DNA of 64,000 nt from Macrostomum hystrix. Taxonomy: Eukaryota; Animalia; Platyhelminthes. The position numbers and the translations under genes were made by a program. Below, in pieces: positions 24,640 through 36,464 of this stretch. The stretch covers positions 6,262,001 through 6,326,000 of the forward strand of contig CATNEN010000034.1 of the NCBI GenBank assembly GCA_950097015.1. The letters run 5' to 3'. Numbering within the stretch: position 1 is the first letter of the stretch; each line of letters starts with the position of its first letter. The notes under the pieces were generated by a model. It searched no databases. It was given only the letters and a program-made list of their open reading frames with translations, and was not told the origin of the DNA.

Positions 24640-27600
24640 GGTAGGGGTCGGACGGGATCAAGATTTTCGGGGTTTTTTTTACCGATTTTACCTCTTGCAC
24701 CCGATGGCATTTGCGGCTGGAAATATTTCCTTACTGGTTTCAGTCCCTATATAATCGTAAAACTGATCTTAAACCGATTTCAACTATCAACATTGTCAGC
24801 CGCTGCTGCCGCTGCTACTGTTCTTTTACGATTTCTCTTTCTGTCGGTGGTGTCGGCTTTTGAAAACTTCCTCTTTTATCTCTCCCTCTCCGACCCTCAA
24901 TCGGTGTTTAGTTTCGCAAACTTCAACCGAACACATTATAAAATCTCCATTTAAATGGAACGCTTCTATTTCCCAATTTCGTCAGGAAATTTTTATGATT
25001 ATAAACGTTTGCGTTATTAGCCGCATTATGACGGCTACACCTTTTTTATTTTCCTATGTTTTTAGTATATTTTTAGCTACTGCAAGTAGTCACAATTAGG
25101 ATTTGATATTCTCTCACTTGTTCTAGAACAGGCTTTCGCAACTATGAGTCATGTCGAAATTCAGTTGACATGTAAATTCAATTTAGATTTAGATTTCATT
25201 TAAATCTCAAACAACGTTAAGGAGGCGGTTCTGTATTGTCATGCAGTTATATAGCGCAGTTACTTTGGTAGATTGCTGCCAAAGTAGTGCTAGATAAATT
25301 TCTGCTTCACTTGCGCACTTGGCTCAGTGCCAAGAATTTGAAAAACTAAATTCCCGCTTTGTGTCGGAGCACATTGGACCTCTTTCTTCTGCCCTCACTC
25401 CCCACTCTCTTTTTCTTTCCCTCGGCTTACTTCATCTGCTTTTTTAGCCCGGAGTCTAACCGCTACCCCTCTACATATTTTCTGCATGTAGCCAAGTGTT
25501 TGTCTCCCTGATCAGCGGGAACACCTGCCCGTTCCCTGACATCTGATTTTGTATTTATCGTTTGTGTGTGCATTTATTTCTGAATCATGCCAAATACTGT
25601 GTCTTTGTGAATATTTTCCGCTCGTCACATTATTTACGACTCAATGTACGAGTAGCTATATCGCGCAGTATTTGAGCAGTATTTGATTTTCTACCTGATT
25701 CCTACAATCCCCTCTCTCTCAGTTGCCTCCCACTTATCTGCCTATGGTTACTTAGCTAAATGGATTTTGTTTAACAATGAGCTTAAACTCCAACCCCCCC
25801 CACCGCCTAACCAACTCTCCATTTATGATTCATCATTATCAGCAGCGGCAGTTGCCAGTAATACAACTTCACCTGACACCACCCCACGCTCACACACGGC
25901 CACACCCCTGCTCCCCCTGCCCTCACAGCCCGCGTCACAAGGCGTGGCTAAAAGAGAAAATCGCCTATATGCGGGAATCAAACGTTTAATAGTCGTAGTT
26001 GCACATATATATGTGTGTGTGTATTCTGGAGGATTGAAAGCCAGAAAATGATTTGGGCGGTGCATCGCGCTGAGCTGAATGAGTGTGTGTTTTAGGCTCT
26101 TTTTGGCTAGATTTTTTTTACTTCTTCTGCTGCCGCTGCTTTGTCAATCCCTTACCCCCGTTGTGTTTGCTTTTCAGTTTGAGGGTTGAAAAAAAGGGAG
26201 AAGAAATGAAATGAGAACAAGCAACATGCAGATGGCATGGCGCGGGATTCACAGAAGGCTTTCAATCGATTCTGCAATCTGAATTCGCTAGATATTTAGT
26301 TTTTTGTCTTGAAGAGGAAGGAATAATTGCCCCCGTGTGACCCCCGTTTCTCAAATACGTATTGGCTAATGGCCTGTCACAATAGTCAGTGGGTTGAGGT
26401 GTGTGTTCACTTGTGTGCCTTGTGCTATCAGCATGCTAGCGGCTTGCTTAAACTAAACAGAATTCCCCAGATACCCGGGGTGTGGGTGCGCGAGACAACA
26501 ACTTATAGACCGACTTTTTATTCCGAATCTCTCTCCTTTTTCTCTAATCCCATTTTCAGTGTTTCCCACACAAGAATGTGTTTGTTTAGTCACTGGATCT
26601 GCCACCACAACTCCCCCGCACAAAACCCTGACTGCTTACTAAGTCGCAATCATGGGTTCAGTGGGACAACGCAGCCCTATTGGGAGTTTTTAACAACCCC
26701 CCCCAAGGTCATCTTGGGCTTTTCGCAGCTTTCCACCTTTACCTTCAACTTCTGGCTAGTTCACCTAAACACTGAAGTAGTTAGAAAGGCTATATAGATC
26801 TCTTTTTTATGTTTCTTTTCAAAACTGCGCCAGGCCTATCTTCCGTCTCTCACCGCCACCCCCCGCCCGCCCGTTTCTCCTTTTTCCTCTTCCTGAACGA
26901 CGAGATGCCCCCCCGCCAGGCCAGCCCACATTTTGCCTGTCAGACCGTCTGCGGCTCCTGCCACGGATTGCGTGACGAATTAGCCCCAATTGGCGAGCGG
27001 CGCCGATTGGAGAAAGAAATCCTATTTATGCGGGATCGGGATATTTGTAGGCGGGGTAGAAAAATTCTAATGATGATGTTGATGACCTGCTGCTGCTGCC
27101 GCCTCTCAACTCCCCCCCCCCCCCTAGTTCAGTTGCTTCGGACACTCATTTTTCGTCGACTGGGTCAATATTACTGCTATAGCCGGGCTTCTATTTCTCC
27201 CCGGTGGCTGGCGGCCGCGAGGATTGCAGTTTGACTGTCAAATCCAGGGTCAGTGAGGCGTGCAGTGTTGCATTTTTTTCTCGGTGAGATTCCGGCCAAT
27301 ACCCTCGGGACCTGGGGCTAAGGGGGGATGGGTTGGAAATAAAAACGCGTTAAGAGCTATAGTGTATATAGTTTGGAGACAAAGAAACTTTATTAGAGAG
27401 ACGAGAAGACGACGATAAAGGGTATTGGGATATAATTTCTGCCCCAGAGAGATGTGCTACCCCATTCCCAACTCTTTGAGGTTGGAACAATTTTCGTTGG
27501 CCGATGTGTTACGTAATCATCAGGTTTGCTTAGCCTTTCTGTATGGAGACGACAGGAATCAGGCGGTTTGCGGATGATTGTAGAGGGATTTACTAACCCA

Positions 27601-29275
27601 CTGATGCTTATCTAATAGCCCCACTGGCCATTTTACTCAGCCAGACGTCTCGCTTCCCAAATCATAATTATTAAAGCGGCAGCATCTTCTTCCTCACTCG
27701 AATTCTCTTCTCGGGGAACTAATTTAGCTAAAAACACTGGGCGCCTATTATTTTATAATGCAATGTCCAGAAGTAAAGGTTTAATTAATAATTCAGGCTA
27801 GTTCACAATCTATGCTCCCAATCCTCTCGCGTGGCGTTATATTTAATTTGACTCGAAAGGCACGAGGCGGCGGTAGAGGAGGAGAGTACTAGTGTGTTTG
27901 CAGGAAGGATAGGACGCGGCTTTCAGGCTCCAGCCAGACTAACCCGACTCTGATTAATAGCGCAGTCAAGTTGGCGATAGGGAGAACTGTTTTGACAGTG
28001 CGCCGTATAACTCCTTATCTACCAATCTCTTCCCATTTCCCCGTCAGTGCAAGCTAGCCTGCCCTAGGATCCTTTCGATATTCCGAACCCGACCGAACAA
28101 AAATTATACTTGCACTTTTCTCGCCTGGGACGGACTCTGCCTCTTCCCCGCCATCCTGCATCTTCTCCCAGATCTGCTGTCAACTCAATCCCTACTCCAT
28201 TCTCTCTTCTCCGTGAGTGTCGTCATAGCATAGGCGTTGCTAAATATAGAACTTGGTCGAGCCGTACTTCAAACCCTACCCTTCCTACTCTTCTCTCCTA
28301 CTCCCGCGATACTCAATGCCGGCACACACTGAGTCGAGCTCATTTCCATGAATCCGAGAGCTCTCATTTGCCTAGGCCTACGGCTGGATAGTTTTTTATT
28401 TATTAAAGAAATTGTAAATACAAAAATTGGCAATGTACCCATATTTATTGTTAAAACAGGGCCTTTAATACTGCACTGCAATTTGTAGTGCCTCTGTTAA
28501 ATTAGCTAGGAATTGGCTCTTTGTAGGCGTGTATCAAGTTTAATACCTATAATATCAACCAACTAGTGAAGCGAATTTGCTGAATCCATGCTTGTGTCCC
28601 CGTGCACTTGGCCCACACCCTCCACCCAATGTACAAATGACCTCCCCCCGAACCGGCAGTGAGTTTGCTGAACCCAACGCCCTTCTCCCTCTGTCTGTCT
28701 GTTCCTCTTTCTCTCCCCATCCCTTCCCTGTCAATTCCAACCCTTACAGCGAACATTGCTCCCAAGTTTCTAGCTTATGGCTTATTGGAGACACGCGCCA
28801 GGATCAGGAATGATAGAGAGTGAACAGGGGCTGCCTTCTTTGTTCTCCGCTTCTCTCTCTCCGCCCTCCTCCTACCCCCTGCCGGTCACAGCAAATCCGC
28901 GGATCGCAGACCTATCTCCACCCCTGTTTTCCAAAACCCCAAACCACCTAGAAATCTCTTCTTTATAGAGACGATTTCTCAGCTTTGCCCTAGCTTCTGA
29001 CCCATAATCTTCACTTCTCTCTGTTTGAAATCTTCATTTATAGCCTCCCTCCAGGTTTGCTTTTATTCCTTGAAAGTGTTCCTCATTTTAGCTTTTAATT
29101 ACCAAGCGACGCCACTAACTGGTCATTATTGCCATTTTTTACAGACACCAAAGCAAGATAAATGCGACACTTTGCACACTGGCCTGCTTGCCTGGCCAAG
29201 ATGCCATTGCGCTAGCTAAACAAATCGATTTGCCTGACATTCTTTATCCTTCACAAATTGTTCTTAAACTCGACA

Positions 29276-32200
29276 ATGGGAAACATTGCGCTACGCCCAT
29301 TTAAAACTTTGCGCTCGTCGACTCGACATCGGACCTCGACGGCGGCAGCCACGGCGGCATCGGCGGCTGCGGCGGCAGCGGCTGCAGCTGCGGCAGCTGC
29401 AACAGCATCGTCCACAATGCCTGCCACCGGATCGCCGGATCGAGTCGCCGGATCGACTGCAGCCTCCAGCAACTCCGCCGCCGCGGCAGCTAGCGCCGTC
29501 GCCTCGTCGGACATTCCAACCGCAGCGATGACGCCGTCTCCGTCGATGACAGCTGCCAACGCGGCTGCGGCTTCTTCGGCTGGCGGCAACTCCGAAGCAA
29601 TCCTGGGCCCCTATCAGGCCTCACAATCACTGCTAGGTAGCGCGGAGGAGCGCATGATTGTTGCTGCCCAGAACAGCAGCACTGTCGCATCCGCCGTTAT
29701 CGCCGTACCGGCCGCCTCCGCTTCCGCTATTGTTGTCGTAGGCGACGACAGCCCCCGCCAGCGTTCGTCAGCCGCCGCATCCACCTCCGCCGGCGCCGCC
29801 TCCACCAATCTATTCGTTGCCATGTACAATTATCAGGCTCGCACCGAGGAAGACTTGTCATTTAACAAAGACGAAGTGCTGGAAGTGGTTGACAACAGCC
29901 AGGGCACCTGGTGGATGGCCCGCGGCCTGAAGACCGGTCGTCAGGGCTATGTGCCGTCCAACTTTCTAGCCCAAGCTGAGACCATCGAGTCCGAGCCGTG
30001 GTTCTTCGGCCAGATCAGCCGCATGGACGCGCAGATACTGCTGCTGCGCACAGAGAATCGAGTCGGCTCATTCCTAGTGCGCAACTGCGAGAATCGATCC
30101 ACCCGGCGGCATCACGCCTATTCGCTGTCGGTTCGCGACCATTCGGTAGTTAAGCACTATCGCATCCGGCGGCACGAGAGCGGCCAGCTCTACATTAGTA
30201 GGCACGTGAAATTTCGCTGCGTTGCAGATTTGATTAGGCACTACAGCGCCGAGTCCAATGGTCTGTGTACTCGCCTGGTGGCACCCTGCGTCAGATCCAA
30301 TGTCCCGGAACCAATCGGCCTGTCCTATGACACCGTGGACATGTGGGAGATTCCCAAAGCCTCTTTACATCTGCGCAGCCTAGTTGGCCAGGGCCAATTC
30401 GGCGAAGTGTGGGAAGGCGTCTGGAATAGCACCACCCGGGTGGCCGTTAAAACATTGAAGCCTGGCACAATGGACGCCAAGGATTTCCTGCGCGAAGCTC
30501 AGACTATGAAACGATTGCGTCATCCGAACCTCATCCAACTGTACGCCGTGTGCACCCAAGACGAGCCAATCTATATTGTGACAGAGCTGATGAAACACGG
30601 CAGCCTGTTAGACTATCTGCAGTGCCCGGCTGGTCGGGCATTGTCAATCAAGGATCTGCTGTTCATGGGCTCCCAGGTAGCCGCCGGCATGGCCTACCTG
30701 GAGGGTCGCAATTATATTCACAGGTGAGAAATACGCCGCTTTTATTGCTGCTTTAGGAGCCGATTATCAATTCCTTATCGTAGTTAAAAGTTATAATTCC
30801 GAATTATTGGTAGTCCGTGCAAATTGCTTTAATATATAAAATATATTTGGTTTCAATTTTATCCCTCAGTTGTTACTTAGTTTAGCTTAAATCTCCATTT
30901 TGATCCCCCGCTTTTCTCCGTGTGTGTTTTCGTCGGGTTAATGTTAAATCTTTAGTTTAAAAGTTATTCCCTTATTTTCAACGTTATCATCTAAATTTCA
31001 ACTTAATCCCATAATTTCAACACTATCCACATAGTTTTTACGTTATCCCCATAGTTTTAACACTTATCCCCGTAATTTCAACATTATTTTCATAATTTTA
31101 ACGCTATCCCAATAGTTTCAACGTTATCTCCATAATTTTAACGCTATCCCAATAGTTTCAACGTTATCTCCATAAGTTTAACGCTATCCCAATAAGTTTC
31201 AACGTTATCTCCATAAGTTTAACGCTATCCCAATAGTTTCAACGTTATCTCCATAATTTTAACGCTATCCCAATAGTTTCAACGTTATCTCCATAATTTT
31301 AACGCTATCCCAATAGTTTCAACGTTATCTCCATAAGTTTAACGCTATCCCAATAGTTTCAACGTTATCTCCATAAGTTTAACGCTATCCCAATAGTTTC
31401 AACGTTATCTCCATAAGTTTAACGCTATCCCAATAGTTTCAACGTTATCTCCATAAGTTTAACGCTATCCCAATAGTTTCAACGTTATCTCCATAAGTTT
31501 AACGCTATCCCAATAGTTTCAACGTTATCTCCATAAGTTTAACGCTATCCCAATAGTTTCAACGTTATCTCCATAAGTTTAACGCTATCCCAATAGTTTC
31601 AACGTTATCTCCATAAGTTTAACGCTATCCCAATAGTTTCAACGTTATCTCCATAAGTTTAACGCTATCCCAATAGTTTCAACGTTATCTCCATAAGTTT
31701 AACGCTATCCCAATAGTTTCAACGTTATCCCCTTCAAGTTTTAGCGTTCTCCTTATGAAAGTACATTTTGTAAAAGTACAAATTGCACCCAGATTTGCCA
31801 TGATTTCCTTGACAACCCGCAGGGATCTGGCTGCTCGCAACATCCTAGTCGGCGACAACCGCGTAGCCAAGATCTGCGACTTCGGCCTCGCCCGCCTATT
31901 GAAAGTCGGCCAAGAGTACGAGGCCCGCCACGGCTCCAGATTTCCAATCAAATGGACGGCGCCGGAGGCGGCCAACTTTAGTAGATTCTCAATCAAATCA
32001 GACGTCTGGTCCTACGGCATCCTGCTCATGGAGCTGCTCACCCATGGCCGGGTGCCCTACCCCGGTATGAGCAACATGGATGTGCTGCACCAGGTCGAGA
32101 ACGGCTACCGGATGCCGCGGCCCTCCGGCTGCCCTGAGCCCGTCTACCGCCTGATGCGCCAGTGCTGGGACTCGGACGAGAACAGGCGGCCAAGCTTTGA

Positions 32201-32345
32201 AGAGATTCACGCCCGCATTGAGGATATGCTCAACGCCGACGATGACGATGGGTGCGGCTTCGGCGGCGGCGGCGGAGGCGGTGGAGGAGGCGGCGGCGGC
32301 GGAGGCTTTTGCGGCGCCGGTAGCCGGCGGGGCCTATTCAAGTAG
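29276..32345 (+). CDS. Src42A: Src42A/FRK-type non-receptor tyrosine kinase (SH3-SH2-kinase); exons 29276-30723, 31823-32345
   Basis: MGN N-terminus, SH3 ([17 protein letters not shown]...GYVPSNF), SH2 (WFFGQISR...FLVRNCE), [18 protein letters not shown]|DLAARN (phase-2 intron 30724-31822), DFGLARL...EYEAR...[16 protein letters not shown] and EYEAR are Src42A/FRK-like rather than c-Src-like. Confidence 0.9.
30975..31732. repeat. 40-bp (dimeric 20+20) minisatellite (AACGTTATCTCCATAAGTTTAACGCTATCCCAATAGTTTC)n in kinase intron
   Basis: Homogeneous 3' part, degenerate 5' part. Confidence 0.95.
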
Positions 32346-33029
32346 GAATCGAAGATTGTTTGACACCGCAGAGATTTTTAGATTCTAAATCTAGTAACAG
32401 AAAGTATGTTTATATTTAGTTTAGTTGTTCAACTGTTGTCGTTTCCAGGAAAGTACTATCGTAGAAGTCGACACGCACAAAGTATTTTTAAGTCAGTACT
32501 TAATGCTCCGTTTTTAGTCAGTCTAGGTCATTCAATCGAGCAGCACAATCTCCTGTTGCAGCCTCTGCAGCTGTTTATTGATTTGCTATTCATTTACGCA
32601 ATTGTTTTCCATTCTACAGCCAGCCGTGTACTTTTGTGCAGTGAATCAGTTTTTTGCAGCTTTTAAAATAGTCAATCTACTACTAGTAGTATAGGCTAGT
32701 AGATAGCAGTTCTATTTTTGTTTTGCAACCGAGTCTGTCTCGATTAAGTCAGTTTTCTATTCTTGTTTTTTCTTGACTTTCTGCTTTTGCTTCGCTTTTA
32801 TGCCCCGCTGTTGCAATTGTTCCCTGCACACTGAAATCTATTGAATTCCTCGACTCGATTTGTACACACTCGCTGGCGGCACACTCCGCTGAAATAAGCA
32901 TCCGCCATTGACGAATTATTTTGATTTCTCTGACTGCCTATATATAAATTTCTATCAATTATTGTTGACAATAGGTTCCAAACAACTTTTCTGCCTTGTA
33001 ATATGCCGCATATTATTAATTCTGTTGTA

Positions 33030-34784
33030 CGAGGGGTGTTTCAAAAGTAACGAGAATTTAGTCATAACTTTTTAATGGATAAACTTTTTAACTTGAAATT
33101 TTTACCCTGTAATTTTGCAAATATGGACAGCACACAGCTTCAGTTGCAACTCTATCGCTCTACATGCACTAGTGAAATCTCACATTAAATTCCAGACCTC
33201 GAGATAAAAAATTACGATTTTTGTCTGTGGTCTATATACCTGAGAAATTGCTTAGAACTTGAAAACTGCTAATGATGCTGCTGATGCACTCAGCTGCTTC
33301 TGATACTGTCTCCGGTGTCTGCTGTTTATGGGCAAAGTTGCCTAGGAATTTTTGTTTTTTAAGCTGCATAGGGCTGCTCAAAATTGCAAATGCTTGACTG
33401 AGAGACTTGACTGAAAAGTGCTTTCAAGTGAGACTATGGAACGACCGAAAGATCATTCAGAAATTGGATCGAAGGAAGGACAACGGCATTTTATCGCTGG
33501 TCTGGTTCAACTTGGAAAGAAGCCATGCGATATCGCTCGGGACCTGAACCAGGCATTTGGAGATCAGGCACTATCGCAAGCGCGGGTTTATGCTCACTGC
33601 AAGGCGTTCCGCGAGGGTGCTACAGGATGTGGTGACGCGCCGAGGTCAGGTCGCCCCCGCACGTCAACGGATGACAACAGCAAACAGATTGTCCGTGATT
33701 ACCTCTGCGCCAATCCTTCTGCCACATCGCGTGAAGTTGAGGAGGTCTGTAGCATCTCCATTGCTTCTGTGAGCCGCATCCTCAAGGAAATAAACTGGTC
33801 GAGAGTCTGTGCCAAGTGGGTGCCGCGTGAGTTGACCCTGGACCACAAAAGAAAGCGAATTCACTGTGCAACGGAGAACTTGCAGTTGTGGCAGCAACTT
33901 GGTGATCAGGAGTTTAAACGACTTCTCATCAGTATGGATGAGACACCACTGCCAATGTTTAATCCACTGACTAAGCAGCAGTCCATGCAGTGGGGGCCCA
34001 GGGGCCGTCAGCCGCACACAAAGCCAATGAAGTCGGCATGGACACGCAACATCATGTGCACCGTGTGGTTTGACGCCTGTGGGGTTCTGATGGTCGACTA
34101 CCTGCCAGACAAGGCCACCATCAATGCTGCATACGTGCAAGATCAAGTTGCTCGTCTGCGTGAAGTCATCCTCCAGAAGCGACGCATCATGCGCGCCAGG
34201 CCCTTCATCTTGTGGGACAACGCTCGCCCTCACGTCGCCGCGGCCACCACAAGGAAAGTGGAAGAGCTCGGCTTTCGGCTGCTTAATCATCCACCTTATT
34301 CACCAGACCTCGCCATTGCTGACTTTCACTTGTTTGGAGTAATGAAGAAGCCCATGCGAGGTCGCGTCTTCACCAGTCGACAGGAAGTCATTGCGGCGGC
34401 CAACGAATCTCTCCATGCGCTGCCTGCGAGTTTTTGGGGGGAGGGAATCGACAAACTGCTGCATCGCTATGAGAAATGTATCCAGCTCGATGGCAGCTTT
34501 GTGGAGCGTGCTGAAATCGCTGAAGAAATGGACGAAGGCGCTGATTTTTGACACAACAAACATGTTCACCTGTTCACTCTTTTCCACTGACAAAAATCGT
34601 AATTTTTAATCTCGAGGTCTGGACTTCAATGTGCGATTTCACTGGTGCATGTAGACCGACAGGGTTGCAACTGAAGCTGTGTGCTGTCCATATTTGCAAA
34701 ATTATCGGGTAAAAATTTCAAGTTAAAAAGTTTATCCATTAAAAAGTTATGACTAAATTCTCGTTACTTTTGAAACACCCCTCG
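33030..34784 (+). mobile_element. Full-length mariner (Tc1/mariner, DD34D) transposon, 1755 bp, TA target duplication, ~200-bp imperfect TIRs
   Basis: TA at 33028-33029 and 34785-34786. Ends read CGAGGGGTGTTTCAAAAGTAACGAGAATTT and its exact reverse complement. TIR similarity extends over 33030-33230 / 34584-34784. Confidence 0.97.
33436..34551 (+). CDS. Mariner transposase, intact, 371 aa from first ATG
   Basis: WVPREL linker, MDET (D1), WDNARPH (D2), HPPYSPDLAIAD (D3), with 34 residues between D2 and D3. No stops or frameshifts. Confidence 0.96.
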   Translation: MERPKDHSEIGSKEGQRHFIAGLVQLGKKPCDIARDLNQAFGDQALSQARVYAHCKAFREGATGCGDAPRSGRPRTSTDDNSKQIVRDYLCANPSATSREVEEVCSISIASVSRILKEINWSRVCAKWVPRELTLDHKRKRIHCATENLQLWQQLGDQEFKRLLISMDETPLPMFNPLTKQQSMQWGPRGRQPHTKPMKSAWTRNIMCTVWFDACGVLMVDYLPDKATINAAYVQDQVARLREVILQKRRIMRARPFILWDNARPHVAAATTRKVEELGFRLLNHPPYSPDLAIADFHLFGVMKKPMRGRVFTSRQEVIAAANESLHALPASFWGEGIDKLLHRYEKCIQLDGSFVERAEIAEEMDEGADF

Positions 34785-34994
34785 TAGTTATTGATGTTGT
34801 GAATTTTCTATTGTTGCCTTTTTGAAGAAAAAAAAGTTTCTCCAAAGGCAATTTTCAAATAAAAAATAGTCCAGTTGGTTTCTTTTCTTAGCTGCATTTT
34901 CTTGCAACAAAAATTTACCTAAGTCCAGCACGTTATGGAAATTTTCTGCCTTTTATAATAAATTCTACTTCCATGTTTAACTGATTATTAGTTA

Positions 34995-36200
34995 GACCGC
35001 CCTCTCTCAACCCTCCCAGATCCTCATGAACCCTTCCCAATCCCCAGGAACCCTTCCAGATCCTCATGAACCTTCAAGATCCTCATGAACGCTTCCCAAT
35101 CCCCAGGAACCCTTCAAGATCCTCATGAACCCTTCCCAATCCCCAGGAACCCTCCCAGATCCTCATTAACCCTTCCCAATCCCCAGGAACCCTTCAAGAT
35201 CCTCATGAACCCTTCCCAATCCCCAGGAACCCTCCAAGATCCTCATGAACCCTTCCCAATCCCCAGGAACCCTCCCAGATCCTCATGAACCCTTCCCAAT
35301 CCCTAGGACCCTTCCAGATACTCATAAACCCTTAAAATTCCCCAGCAACCCTCCAAGATCCTCATGAACCCTTCCCAACCTCCAGCAACCCTCCAAGATC
35401 CTCATGAACCCTTCCCAATCCCTAGGACCCTTCCAGATACTCATAAACCCTTCCCATTCCCCAGCAACCCTCCAAGATCCTCATGAACCCTTCCCAATCC
35501 CCAGGAACCCTCCAAGATCTTCATGAACCCTTCCCAATCTCCAGCAACCCTCCCAGATCCTCATGAACCCTTCCCAATCTTCAGGAACCCTCCCAGATCC
35601 TCATGAACCCTTCCCAATCCCCAGGACCCTTCCAGATCCTGATAAACCCTTCCCGTTCCCCAGCAACCCTCCAAGATCCTCATGAACCCTTCCCAATCCC
35701 CAGGAACCCTCCCAGATCCTCATGAACCCTTCCCAATCCCCAGGACCCTTCCAGATCCTCATAAACCCTTCCCGTTCCCCAGCAACCCTCCAAGATCCTC
35801 ATGAACCCTTCCCAATCCCCAGGAACCCTCCCAGATCCTCATGAACCCTTCCCAATCCCCAGGACCCTTCCAGATCCTGATAAACCCTTCCCGTTCCCCA
35901 GGACCCTTCCAGATCCTGATAAACCCTTCCCGTTCCCCAGCAACCCTCCAAGATCCTCATGAACCCTTCCCAATCCCCAGGACCCTTCCAGATCCTGATA
36001 AACCCTTCCCGTTCCCCAGCAACCCTCCAAGATCCTCATGAACCCTTCCCAATCCCCAGGAACCCTCCAAGATCTTCATGAACCCTTCCCAATCTCCAGC
36101 AACCCTCCCAGATCCTCATGAACCCTTCCCAATCCCCAGCAACCCTCCCAGATCCTCATGAACCCTTCCCAATCCCTAGGACCCTCCCCGATCCCCAGGA
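34995..36200. repeat. 39-40-bp minisatellite (CCTCCCAGATCCTCATGAACCCTTCCCAATCCCCAGGAAC)n
   Basis: Direct periodicity, e.g. CAGGA at 35701 and 35741. Confidence 0.95.
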
Positions 36201-36464
36201 GGGGCAGCGCGATGCACTAGGATAGGAGGATATGTCAGCTACTATTTCATGCATTTTCATGTCATCTTCCTAGTTTAGTTCCGATGATCGCTAAGAAGTT
36301 AGAAAACTATAAATTCTTTTCTTTTTAATGCTTTCGTGACGTTCAAATTTTTCGCTGTCGTATGCAGTAAAGGTACATTTATACTTTACGTACTACTGGT
36401 CCTATTTTATAAGTAGCATTGATAGCAAGCCTCTTAAGAAGGCGAAAAGCCGCAAAAAGAGCTG

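Noticed and set aside
24640-29250. Short ORFs upstream of the kinase
   Set aside because: Low-complexity or UTR/intron-like sequence without domains, coding bias or compatible splice pairs.
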